Below, piece after piece: positions 8,093-17,062 of a stretch of 64,000 nucleotides of DNA; position 1 is the first letter of the stretch, and every line of letters starts with the position of its first letter. The notes under the pieces are model-generated. The model saw only the letters and a program-made list of their open reading frames with translations, ran no database searches and was not told where the DNA came from. Both the position numbers and the translations under genes were made by a program. The stretch is from Candidatus Nitrospinota bacterium M3_3B_026 (GTDB lineage: Bacteria; Nitrospinota_A; UBA7883; JBPRGF01). The DNA lies in assembly GCA_051418015.1 (NCBI GenBank), contig JBPRGF010000024.1, positions 1 through 64,000 of the forward strand, in the 5' to 3' direction.

Positions 8093-9937
8093 ATGAGGGA
8101 CCGGCTTCGCTACGAATCCCTGCGGGACTTCATCGCGCATCTGGAGATAAGCGGCGAGCTCGTCAGGATAACCGAAAAAGTCTCGCCGATCCTCGAGATC
8201 ACCGAGATCACCGACAGGGTCAGCAAGTCCGAGGGCGGCGGGCCGGCGCTTTTATTCGAAAACGTTGAGGGCTCGTCCATGCCGGTGCTTATGAACGCCT
8301 TCGGAAGCGCAAAGCGCATGGCGATGGCCCTGGGCGCCGACGACGTGGAGGAGATCGCCCGCGACATCGACGAGCTTGTCCACCAGAAGGCGCCGGAGAC
8401 CTGGGCGGAGAAGATAGCCGCATTGCCCGCGCTTTTCAGGATGACGAAGTTTCCGCCGAAGATCGTCCATGACCCCGCCCCACCATGCCAGGAGGTCATA
8501 TACGAGGGGGCGGAGGTGGACCTTACCATCCTGCCGATTTTAAAATGCTGGCCGGGCGACGGGGGGCGGTTCATCACCCTGCCATGCGTCATAACGAAAT
8601 CGGTGGACGGCAGGCGCAACGTGGGGATGTACAGGATGCAGATGTTCAACCCCCGCTCGACGGGGATGCACTGGCACATCCACAAGGACGGCGCGGCCTT
8701 TTTCGACGAACACAAAAAGTCCGGCCGGAGGATGGAGGTGGCCGTTGCCATAGGCTGCGACCCGGCCACGGTCTACGCCGCCACGGCGCCGATGCCGCCT
8801 GGGGTGGACGAGCTTCTGCTGGCGGGGCTCATCAGGCGGCGGCCGGTGGAGCTTGTCAAGTGCCGGACCGTGGACCTGGAGGTTCCGAAGACGGCGGAGA
8901 TCGTGCTGGAAGGATACGTCAACCCGGACGAGACGCGCATAGAGGGCCCCTTCGGCGACCATACGGGCTACTACTCCCTGGCGGACAGGTACCCCGTCTT
9001 CCATGTCACGGCCATTACCCACAGGAAGGATCCCGTCTACCTGGCCACCGTCGTTGGCAAGCCGCCGATGGAGGACTGCTACATGGGCAAGGCGACGGAG
9101 CGAATCTTCCTGCCCATGCTCAAGACGATGAACCCGGAGATCGTCGACTACGACCTGCCCTGGGAGGGGGTCTTTCATAACTGCGTGATAGTCTCGCTTA
9201 GAAAGCGCTATCCCGCCCAGGCCGAAAAGGTGATGAGCTCGCTTTGGGGCGCGGGGCAGATGTCGTTCGCCAAGATGATCCTCGCCATGGACGAGGGCGT
9301 GGATGTCCACGACTATCGCCAGGTGGCGCGGACGCTGCTGGACAGGATAGACATCGAGCGCGATATCGTCGTGACCGAAGGCGTCCTCGACGTCCTCGAC
9401 CACTCCGCCCCTGCGCCCCTGCGCGGCGCCAAGCTGGGGATAGACGTCACATCCTGCGCGCCCGGCGAGACGCGGCCGGAGGTTGAATCCTGGGCGGGGA
9501 GGGACATGGCGCCGTTCACCGCCCGATGTGATGAACACGCGGGAATAGCCGCCCACGCCATACCGTTCACCGGCGTCGCCAGCCCGCTGGCCATAATCGC
9601 CGCGGACAAGCGCGCTCCCTGGGATGGCCACAGGATCGCCCGCGAGGCCGCCGAGGGCGACGCGGCGCAGGCGATACGGATAATCATGGTGGTGGACAGG
9701 GACGTGAATCCTGCGGACTACTCCACGGCGCTCTGGAAGTTTTTCAACAACGTCGATCCGCGCCGGGACATTTTCACCGAGGGCGGCCGGCTCTTCATCG
9801 ACGCCACCCGCAAGATGACCGAGGAGGGGCATCCAAGGGACTGGCCGGGCGAGCTTGTCATGGACGGAGAGGTGAAAAGGCGGGTTGATGAAATGTGGGA
9901 CAGGCTGGGCCTTCCCCAGGCCGGGGGCGAAAGTTAA
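8093..9937 (+). CDS. UbiD-family decarboxylase (menaquinone/futalosine-pathway type) with C-terminal extension
   Basis: RNVGMYRMQ, MHWHIHKDG, EGPFGDHTGYY, GKPPMED; ATG at 8093 after GGAGG. Confidence 0.9.
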   Translation: MRDRLRYESLRDFIAHLEISGELVRITEKVSPILEITEITDRVSKSEGGGPALLFENVEGSSMPVLMNAFGSAKRMAMALGADDVEEIARDIDELVHQKAPETWAEKIAALPALFRMTKFPPKIVHDPAPPCQEVIYEGAEVDLTILPILKCWPGDGGRFITLPCVITKSVDGRRNVGMYRMQMFNPRSTGMHWHIHKDGAAFFDEHKKSGRRMEVAVAIGCDPATVYAATAPMPPGVDELLLAGLIRRRPVELVKCRTVDLEVPKTAEIVLEGYVNPDETRIEGPFGDHTGYYSLADRYPVFHVTAITHRKDPVYLATVVGKPPMEDCYMGKATERIFLPMLKTMNPEIVDYDLPWEGVFHNCVIVSLRKRYPAQAEKVMSSLWGAGQMSFAKMILAMDEGVDVHDYRQVARTLLDRIDIERDIVVTEGVLDVLDHSAPAPLRGAKLGIDVTSCAPGETRPEVESWAGRDMAPFTARCDEHAGIAAHAIPFTGVASPLAIIAADKRAPWDGHRIAREAAEGDAAQAIRIIMVVDRDVNPADYSTALWKFFNNVDPRRDIFTEGGRLFIDATRKMTEEGHPRDWPGELVMDGEVKRRVDEMWDRLGLPQAGGES

Positions 9938-9988
9938 ACTCCACGGCAGGCTTTGATATCATGACCGGCGAGCGGAGTTCGTTTTCTT

Positions 9989-10032
9989 CTCCCCTTTTTC
10001 CAAGGGGGAGCGGCGCGAAGCGCCGAGGGGGT
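9989..10032. repeat. REP-like double hairpin
   Basis: CTCCCCTT-TTTCC-AAGGGGGAG followed by CGGCGC-GAA-GCGCCG and AGGGGG. Confidence 0.55.
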
Positions 10033-10074
10033 AAGCCGGAAAACAATTTCGGCGTCATTCAATAATAATAGAGT

Positions 10075-11049
10075 ATGCGCGCTTACGTAATCCGGCGGCT
10101 GATGATGATGATCCCGATGATGATCGGGGTCACCCTGATCTCTTTCGTCGTTATCCACCTGACCCCTGGCGACCCGACGGAGCTCATGACCGACCTGAAC
10201 CCCAACGTCTCGCCGGAGGCGATAAAGAAGCTGCGGGAGCTTTACCACCTCGACGAGCCTGTGATCGTCCAGTATTATCACTGGCTTGAAAAGATCGTGG
10301 TTCTCGACTTTGGCCGCTCCTTCTCCCCCGACGCCCGGCCGGTGATGGACAAGATCGCCGAGGCCGTCCCCATAACCCTTCTCATAAACGTTCTGGCGCT
10401 AGTGTTGATACTGCTGGTGGCGATACCCATCGGAGTCCTCTCCGCCACGCGCCAGTATTCCCTGTTCGACAAGGTTTCCACCTTGTTCGTTTTCTTCGGT
10501 TTCGCCATGCCCACCTTCTGGCTGGCGCTTTTGCTGATGCTCCTTTTCGGCGTGTGGCTGGAATGGCTGCCCATATCGGGGCTCACGTCCTTTGACTTCG
10601 ATCGCCTTTCGCCCTTCGAAAAATTTCTGGACTACGCCAGGCACCTGGCCCTTCCCGTCCTGGTGTCGGCCTTCACGGGCCTTGCGGGGATGTCGCGGTT
10701 CATGCGCCAGAGCATGCTGGACGTGATCCGCCAGGACTACGTGACGACCGCCAGGGCCAAGGGCCTGAACGAGCGCTGGGTGATATACAAGCACTGCATG
10801 AAAAACGCCCTGTTGCCGATCGTGACCATACTGTCGCTTTCGCTGCCGTCGCTGATCGGCGGCTCGATCATATTCGAGACGATCTTCTCCATCCCCGGCA
10901 CTGGCCAGTTGATGTTCCAGGCCGTCATGGCGCGGGATTACCCGCTAATCATGGGCAACCTGGTCATAATATCCTTCCTCACGCTCTTCGCGATACTTCT
11001 GTCGGACGTGGCTTACGCGCTGGTGGACCCGAGGATAAGCTATGACTGA
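10075..11049 (+). CDS. Peptide/nickel ABC transporter permease (OppB/DppB family)
   Basis: PGDP, DFGRSF, EAA loop QDYVTTARAKGL, RDYPLIMG. Confidence 0.93.
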   Translation: MRAYVIRRLMMMIPMMIGVTLISFVVIHLTPGDPTELMTDLNPNVSPEAIKKLRELYHLDEPVIVQYYHWLEKIVVLDFGRSFSPDARPVMDKIAEAVPITLLINVLALVLILLVAIPIGVLSATRQYSLFDKVSTLFVFFGFAMPTFWLALLLMLLFGVWLEWLPISGLTSFDFDRLSPFEKFLDYARHLALPVLVSAFTGLAGMSRFMRQSMLDVIRQDYVTTARAKGLNERWVIYKHCMKNALLPIVTILSLSLPSLIGGSIIFETIFSIPGTGQLMFQAVMARDYPLIMGNLVIISFLTLFAILLSDVAYALVDPRISYD

Positions 11050-11896
11050 CGGACGGCCGCGGACCTTCTGGGGGATTTTTGTCCACAAGTTCAGGATGAA
11101 CACGCTCGCCATACTGGGCGCGGCCATCGTGGCGCTGCTTTTCGTCGTGGCCGTGTTCGCGCCCGTCATCGCTCCCCACGACCCGGCGAAGATTGACACC
11201 TCCCGCCTTTTCCTCCCGCCGTCGCTCGAGCACCCCTGCGGCACCGACGACCTGGGGCGCGACGTTTTCTCGCGCATGGTCTACGGGGCGCGCATATCCC
11301 TTTCCGTGGGGTTCGTGGCCGTGGGGATAGCCACGCTGATCGGGCTGGTCATCGGCGCCGTCGCCGGATATTTCGGCGGCTGGCTGGACGAGATCATGAT
11401 GCGGTTCACGGAGCTTATGATGACCATTCCCACGTTTTTTCTCATCCTGGCCGTCATCGCCATGCTGGAGCCGAGCATCTACAACATCATGATAGTCATC
11501 GGCGCGACGGGCTGGATGGGCGTGGCGCGCCTTGTCCGGGCGGAGTTCCTGTCGCTGAAGCGCAGGGAGTTCGTCGCCGCCGCGGAGGCGATCGGGGCCA
11601 CGGACTTCATGATCATCATGAAACACATCCTGCCGAACGCCATCTCCCCCGTCCTCGTCTCGGCCACCCTGGGCGTGGCGGGGGCGATACTGACCGAGTC
11701 GGCGCTTTCCTTCCTCGGCATAGGCGTCCAGCCGCCGACGCCGAGCTGGGGCAACATCCTGACGCTGGGCAAGGACAACATAGAGTTCGCCTGGTGGCTT
11801 TCGGTTTTCCCGGGCCTTGCCATCCTCGTCACGGTGATGGGATACAACCTGCTGGGCGAGGGCATCCGCGACGCCATGGACCCGCGCCTGAACTGA
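11042..11896 (+). CDS. Peptide/nickel ABC transporter permease (OppC/DppC family)
   Basis: GTDDLGRDVFSRMVYGARISL, ESALSFLGIG, NLLGEGIRDAMDP. Confidence 0.93.
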   Translation: MTDGRPRTFWGIFVHKFRMNTLAILGAAIVALLFVVAVFAPVIAPHDPAKIDTSRLFLPPSLEHPCGTDDLGRDVFSRMVYGARISLSVGFVAVGIATLIGLVIGAVAGYFGGWLDEIMMRFTELMMTIPTFFLILAVIAMLEPSIYNIMIVIGATGWMGVARLVRAEFLSLKRREFVAAAEAIGATDFMIIMKHILPNAISPVLVSATLGVAGAILTESALSFLGIGVQPPTPSWGNILTLGKDNIEFAWWLSVFPGLAILVTVMGYNLLGEGIRDAMDPRLN

Positions 11897-11900
11897 AAAG

Positions 11901-12422
11901 TCAGACTCTTGCCCCGGGCAGGTATTTCGACCAGCTCTCCAGGTGGCTTCTCGGCGGGTTTTCAGGCACGCTGGAGAAAATCAGGAACTTCGGCTTCACC
12001 GGCTTTCTCTTCAGCCGCAGGCCGGACTCCGCGATGGTCTTGTTCCCCTTTCTCAGGTTGCACCCCCGGCAGGCGGTCACCACGTTCTCCCAGGTCGACG
12101 CTCCGCCCATCGACCGGGGGATCACGTGGTCGATGGTAAGGTCGCCCCCCCGTTCGCCGCAGTACTGGCAGACGTGGCCGTCGCGCTTGAGCACGTTCTT
12201 TTTGGAGAAGGCCACGCCCGCCTTCACGGGCCGCCGGACGTAGCGGTTGAGCTTTATCACCGTGGGGAGCCGGAAGACCGTGGTGGGCGTTCTGGCGCAG
12301 AACCCGTCCGACTCCAACGCCTCCGCCTTGCCGAGCAGCACCAGGACAAGCGCCCTCCGCGCGGCGGTGAACTGCAGGGGCTCGTAGGAGCCGTTGAGCA
12401 CCAGGGTTCTCAAGTTTTCCAT
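11901..12422 (-). CDS. HNH endonuclease family protein
   Basis: LVLNGSYEPL, RDGHVCQYCG, TIDHVIPRSMGG, WENVVTACRGCN. Confidence 0.92.
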   Translation of the reverse strand: MENLRTLVLNGSYEPLQFTAARRALVLVLLGKAEALESDGFCARTPTTVFRLPTVIKLNRYVRRPVKAGVAFSKKNVLKRDGHVCQYCGERGGDLTIDHVIPRSMGGASTWENVVTACRGCNLRKGNKTIAESGLRLKRKPVKPKFLIFSSVPENPPRSHLESWSKYLPGARV

Positions 12423-12552
12423 GATTTTCAGAAAACCGTGGATAATTTCTCCTATTCTATTGTTTTAAGGCGGCGCAAGTCAACGCGTTGACTTGGCGCC
12501 CGCCTTCTCCTAAGATTAGCGGATTCCGTTTGTTCCAACGAGCCTTGGTGAC

Positions 12553-14286
12553 ATGATGAGACTTTCCCAGTACCACCTGCCGACGCTGAAGGAAGCGCCA
12601 GCCGAGGCGGAGACGGCCAGCCACAGGCTGATGATCCGCGCCGGGATGATAAGGAAGCTGGCGGCGGGGATATACTCGCTCCTGCCCCTCGGCGTCCGCG
12701 TGGTCCGCAAGATCGAAAAGATCATCCGAGAGGAGATGGACCGCGCGGGGGCCATGGAGGTCTTCCTGCCCAGCGTCCAGCCCGCGGAGCTGTGGAAGGA
12801 GTCGGGCAGGTGGGAGGTCTACGGCAGGGAGCTTTTGCGCCTCAAGGACAGGCATGAGCGCGAGTTCCTTTACGGCCCCACCCACGAGGAGGTCATAACC
12901 GACCTCGTCCGCCGCGACGTCCGGTCATACCGCGACCTGCCCCTGCGCCTCTACCAGATACAGACCAAGTTCCGCGACGAGATACGCCCCCGGTTCGGCG
13001 TGATGCGGGCGCGGGAGTTCACCATGAAAGACGCTTATAGCTTCGACGCGGACGACGAGGCCGCCGCGGAGAGCTACGAGGCGATGCGGCGCGCCTACGA
13101 CGCCATATTCAAAAGCTTTGGCCTGCGGTTCCGCGCCGTGGAGGCGGACACGGGGCCGATCGGCGGGTCCTTTTCCCACGAGTTCATGGTTCTGGCCGAC
13201 TCCGGCGAGGATACGGTCGTATACTGTGGCTCCTGCGACTACGCGGCGAACATGGAGCGGGTGGAGCTTGCCCCCCCAACCCCGCGCGCGGAGACGGAGC
13301 CTGAGCCTGAGCCTGAGCCGCTGGAGGAGGTTTCCACCCCCGGCAAAAAGAGCGTCGATGAGGTCGCGCAGTTTCTGGGCGTCTTGCCGTCCGTGATGAT
13401 AAAGACCCTTCTTTACAGGACGGACACCGGGGAGATCATCGCCGCCCTGGTTCCCGGCGACAGGGAGGTCAACGAGACCAAACTCGCCCGCGCCCTCGGG
13501 GCCAACGGGGCGGCGCTCGCCGGCGACAGCGAGATCATGAAAGCCACCGGCGCGCCGGTGGGCTTCGCCGGGCCGGTGGGGCTTGACATCCCGGTGGTGG
13601 CGGACAACTCTGTAAAAGCCATCGCCAACGGCGTCACAGGCGCGAACAAGGCGGACGCACACTTGAAAAACGTCAACCCGTCCCGCGACTTCCAGAACGC
13701 AAGATACGCAGACATACGCCAGGCCGTGGAGGGGGATCAATGCGTCCGCTGCGGCTCCGGCGAGTTGCGCATGGCGAAGGGCATCGAGGTGGGGCACATC
13801 TTCAAGCTCGGCGTAAAATACTCCGAGGCAATGTCCGCCAAGTTTCTCGACGCCGAAGGCAAGGAGCGCCCGATGATAATGGGCTGCTTCGGCATAGGCG
13901 TCGCCCGGTCGGCGGCGGCGGCCATCGAGCAGAGCCACGACGAGGCGGGGATAATCTGGCCCCCGGCCATCGCGCCCTTCGGCGCCGTCGTTCTGGCGCT
14001 CAACGCCGACGACGAGAATGTTTTGAAGGCGGCGGAGTCGATATACGAAAAGTTCGCGGCGGCCGGGCTCGACCCGGCGCTCGACGACCGCGACGTCCGC
14101 CCCGGCGTCAAGTTCAACGACGCCGACCTCGTGGGCTATCCCGTCCAGGTGGTCGTGGGCAAAAAGAGCGTGGCCAGGGGCGAGGCGGAGATCAAGACCC
14201 GCAAGACGGGCGAGAAGGTCTCCGTTCCCCTGGAGGGCGTGGTCCCCGCCGTCAGGGAGATAATGGAGGCTTTGAGCGAGGTTTGA
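12553..14286 (+). CDS. proS: Proline--tRNA ligase
   Basis: LGPTHEE-like YGPTHEE, KFRDEIRPRFG, INS editing domain, EVGHIFKLG. Confidence 0.98.
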   Translation: MMRLSQYHLPTLKEAPAEAETASHRLMIRAGMIRKLAAGIYSLLPLGVRVVRKIEKIIREEMDRAGAMEVFLPSVQPAELWKESGRWEVYGRELLRLKDRHEREFLYGPTHEEVITDLVRRDVRSYRDLPLRLYQIQTKFRDEIRPRFGVMRAREFTMKDAYSFDADDEAAAESYEAMRRAYDAIFKSFGLRFRAVEADTGPIGGSFSHEFMVLADSGEDTVVYCGSCDYAANMERVELAPPTPRAETEPEPEPEPLEEVSTPGKKSVDEVAQFLGVLPSVMIKTLLYRTDTGEIIAALVPGDREVNETKLARALGANGAALAGDSEIMKATGAPVGFAGPVGLDIPVVADNSVKAIANGVTGANKADAHLKNVNPSRDFQNARYADIRQAVEGDQCVRCGSGELRMAKGIEVGHIFKLGVKYSEAMSAKFLDAEGKERPMIMGCFGIGVARSAAAAIEQSHDEAGIIWPPAIAPFGAVVLALNADDENVLKAAESIYEKFAAAGLDPALDDRDVRPGVKFNDADLVGYPVQVVVGKKSVARGEAEIKTRKTGEKVSVPLEGVVPAVREIMEALSEV

Positions 14287-14301
14287 CCTTTCGCGCGCGA
14301 A

Positions 14302-15300
14302 ATGGCCCGTGACCCGGTTGTGTCGGTGGCGCTGCCCGCGCGCAACTGCGGGCCGCTTTTGAAAGAGGCCGTGGAAAGTGTCCTCGGGCAGACTTTCCTT
14401 GATCTCGAGTTGCTCGTTGTCGATGACCATTCCACCGACGGCTCTATCGAGTCCCTGCCCGGAGACGACCCGCGCCTGCTGGTCCTGAAAAATCCCGGCG
14501 CTGGCCTCGTGGACGCCTTGAACTTCGCCGCCGGAGCGGCCCGCGGCGCATACATCGCCCGCATGGACGGCGACGACATCAGCCGCCCGGAGAGGATCGC
14601 CCGCCAGGTGCGATTTATGGAAAACCGGGAGGATGTGGGGATATGCGGGACACTCGTCGAGAAATTCTCGGCCGGCGGTGTGGGCGAGGGGTACCGGTTG
14701 TATGAAAAATGGGTGAACAGCCTGGTGACGCCGGAGAGCATACGGCGCGCCATTTTTATCGAAAGCCCCATGCCTCACCCTTCCGTAATGATCCGCCGGG
14801 CGGCTTTCGAGGCGCTGGGCGGATACCGCGACATGGGCTGGCCGGAGGACTACGACCTGTGGCTGCGCGCGTTCGAGGCGGGGGTGGTTATGGCGAAAGT
14901 GCCGGAGACGCTCCTTGAATGGAGGGATTCGCCCGGAAGGTTTTCGAGGACGGACCCGCGCTATTCCAGGGAGGGCTTCATGAAAGCCAGGGCGCATTTT
15001 CTGAAAAGAACCGTCCTGAAGGACGCCCCCGCCGTAATATGGGGCGCGGGCGGGACCGGGGCGCTGCTCGCGCGCCATCTGAAACGCGAAGGGGCGAGGG
15101 TCTCCTGTTTTATCGACATCAACCCGAGGAAGATTGGCGGCGTCAAGGCCGGAAGGCCCGTGCGCTCTCCGGAAGCGGCGAAGCGGGTCATCGGGCCGAT
15201 CCTGGCCGCCGTGGCCGCGCGGGGGGCGAGGGAGGAGATACGCGCCTTTCTTGCCGGGTTCGGCAAGCGCGAGGGGGTGGACTTTTTCATGACCGCCTGA
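14302..15300 (+). CDS. Glycosyltransferase family 2 with C-terminal Rossmann-like domain
   Basis: VVDDHSTDGS, ARMDGDD, EDYDLWLR; C-terminal IWGAGGTG. Confidence 0.9.
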   Translation: MARDPVVSVALPARNCGPLLKEAVESVLGQTFLDLELLVVDDHSTDGSIESLPGDDPRLLVLKNPGAGLVDALNFAAGAARGAYIARMDGDDISRPERIARQVRFMENREDVGICGTLVEKFSAGGVGEGYRLYEKWVNSLVTPESIRRAIFIESPMPHPSVMIRRAAFEALGGYRDMGWPEDYDLWLRAFEAGVVMAKVPETLLEWRDSPGRFSRTDPRYSREGFMKARAHFLKRTVLKDAPAVIWGAGGTGALLARHLKREGARVSCFIDINPRKIGGVKAGRPVRSPEAAKRVIGPILAAVAARGAREEIRAFLAGFGKREGVDFFMTA

Positions 15301-15452
15301 GCGCGCCGCCCTTGGCTAAGCGTCTTTCAACTCTTTCGTATCTTTCATTTCTGACAGATGGTTCTTTTGCTCCAGGAGCCGTGGCAAAACCTTCGGCGCT
15401 GGGATACATTGCCGCTGTGACATTGTGGAATGGATGACAAGGAGGCTGGAAG

Positions 15453-15779
15453 ATGACGGCAGGGATAGCCCGGATGACCCCGCTCGATAGAGCGAGGGCC
15501 TGGTACACCGAGCACACCGCCATCATGGAGGGCAGGCGCGAGGGGCCGAACGAGTTCGCCCTCTATGTGCCCGTGGAGGCGCGGGCGGAAACGGAGGCCG
15601 CCGCGAGGCGCGGACAGGTTCCCGTTTTCACGGAGGCCCATTTCCGGCTTTGGGCGGCGCTGACGGAGGTGCTGGGAGTAGAGGAGTTCTCCGCGCCCTT
15701 GGGGTTGGACGAAGAGGATGTCAGAAAGAGCATCCTGGGAATGGACGCGGCCCCCGGCGGGGAGGGGCGGGGGCGATGA
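15453..15779 (+). CDS. Hypothetical protein
   Basis: 108 aa, strong AAGGAGG RBS, backbone-like codon usage. Confidence 0.65.
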   Translation: MTAGIARMTPLDRARAWYTEHTAIMEGRREGPNEFALYVPVEARAETEAAARRGQVPVFTEAHFRLWAALTEVLGVEEFSAPLGLDEEDVRKSILGMDAAPGGEGRGR

Positions 15780-15792
15780 ATCTGAACCGGGC

Positions 15793-16425
15793 CTACAGCA
15801 CCTCCCGGACGAATTCGTCCATGCCGCGTTTTTCTATGAGAGCGCCCAGCCTTGTCGTCTTGTCGCCGTGTTTTCGGACGTATTTAATAATATTCTCCAC
15901 TATCTCCAGGACCCGTTTCCTGGTGGGGGCGACGGTGAGCTTCTCGGCGATCCGGGGCCGAAGGCCCGCCGCGCCTCCGACCAGCACCTGGTATCCCTTG
16001 GGGCTGGCGATGATCCCTATGTCCTTGGTGGCGGGTTCGCTGCAGGAGCGCTGGCATCCGGCGACGCCGATCATCAGCTTCGTTGGCAGCTCCACCGCGT
16101 TGAACATCCGGTCTATCTCCATCGCCAGGCCCAGCACCGGTTTCTGGTACCGGCGGCAGAAGGTCTCCGCCGAACACATCTTCACCGGCCGCACGCCGCC
16201 GAACTTGAAGTCGTTGCCCCTGCGGCCGGTCTTTTCCTCCAGGTGGCGCGGCAGGTCCGGCTTGTCCCAGACGAAGATGATCTCTCCGCCCAGCTTGACC
16301 TTCTCCGCCCCCTCCCGCTCCATCACGTCCACGAGCTCCTTGAGCTCCCTGACGGAGATGACCCCCGCCGATATGTGGGGGGAGAATTTGGCCCGGGGTT
16401 TTTGCGGCTTGTCCATCATTTCCAT
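15793..16425 (-). CDS. Stand-alone nitrite/sulfite reductase 4Fe-4S/siroheme-domain protein
   Basis: CSAETFC ... GVAGCQRSCSEP...KDIG (Cx5C / Cx3C); only one NIR/SIR half-repeat. Confidence 0.85.
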   Translation of the reverse strand: MEMMDKPQKPRAKFSPHISAGVISVRELKELVDVMEREGAEKVKLGGEIIFVWDKPDLPRHLEEKTGRRGNDFKFGGVRPVKMCSAETFCRRYQKPVLGLAMEIDRMFNAVELPTKLMIGVAGCQRSCSEPATKDIGIIASPKGYQVLVGGAAGLRPRIAEKLTVAPTRKRVLEIVENIIKYVRKHGDKTTRLGALIEKRGMDEFVREVL

Positions 16426-16492
16426 TGCTCCATTATGCGGCGTCCCCTCTCGCGCGGGCTCTTTCCGGTTTCAGCAGCGTCTCTGCCGCGGC

Positions 16493-16948
16493 TCAAAATT
16501 TTTCCCCCTTCTTTTCCCGGTGGTGGCTGCCGATGGGGCGCACGCGGCTCCATATGTTCCAGACGAAGATGAGCCCGGCGGCGAGCTGCGCCGCGGAGCC
16601 GATAACCACCAGCCATTTCTCCCAGGGGCGGTACGCCACGGACATCGAAAGTTCCCCGAGCGTCCTGACAACCGTGCCGGCGGTTATGAGCCAGTAGTTG
16701 ACCTCCGCCAGATCCGGGCTGTAGCGCAGGTCGTCCTTCGCCGGACGGGGGAACATCCAGTACGCCACGCCCATGATGAGCATGATGACGAACCCGAACA
16801 GTGTAAGATGCGTGTGGGCCGTGATGAGGGCCCGCGGCGGGCCTGCCTCGCCCCACACCTGCAGGATAAGTATCCACGCGCCGATGAGAAGACCCGCGAG
16901 GAAAAACAGAAAGGAGGTCTTTACGTATCGCCTGACGAGAGTGAACAT
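16493..16948 (-). CDS. Four-helix membrane protein with HxH motif (heme-copper oxidase subunit I / NnrS-like module)
   Basis: AHTHLTLFGFVIMLIMGVAYWMFPR; paralog of the N-terminus of 52349-53314. Confidence 0.8.
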   Translation of the reverse strand: MFTLVRRYVKTSFLFFLAGLLIGAWILILQVWGEAGPPRALITAHTHLTLFGFVIMLIMGVAYWMFPRPAKDDLRYSPDLAEVNYWLITAGTVVRTLGELSMSVAYRPWEKWLVVIGSAAQLAAGLIFVWNIWSRVRPIGSHHREKKGEKF

Positions 16949-17018
16949 TCAAAAAGCGAGCGGCCGAGTTATAATCAACAGTTTCGCGAAAACTATAGCA
17001 ACAATCCGTTTTGGCGGC

Positions 17019-17034
17019 TATGATTTTTGGCATA
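17019..17034. promoter_or_regulatory. Crp/Fnr-type box TATGAT-TTTT-GGCATA
   Basis: 2 mismatches to the palindrome at 53418-53433; leftward -10 TATAGT at 16997-16992. Confidence 0.55.
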
Positions 17035-17062
17035 TCCAACCCGGGGGGGAAAGGAGGAAAAT

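Noticed and set aside
11901..12422. HNH gene as a mobile homing element or defence system
   Set aside because: Backbone-like codon usage, a common stand-alone family, and no flanking repeats or partner genes
12925..15078. 717-aa minus-strand ORF, and similar ones at 33469-35538, 26986-29073 and 46930-48798
   Set aside because: Antisense or alternative-frame overlaps of well-supported genes
15375..15420. c-di-GMP-I riboswitch-like GGCAAAACC...TGGGA
   Set aside because: Lacks the GAAA tetraloop stem and the following GCAAAG/P3 elements
16493..16948. Calling this a true cbb3 oxidase subunit I
   Set aside because: Only about 4 TM helices and no ccoO/ccoP neighbours
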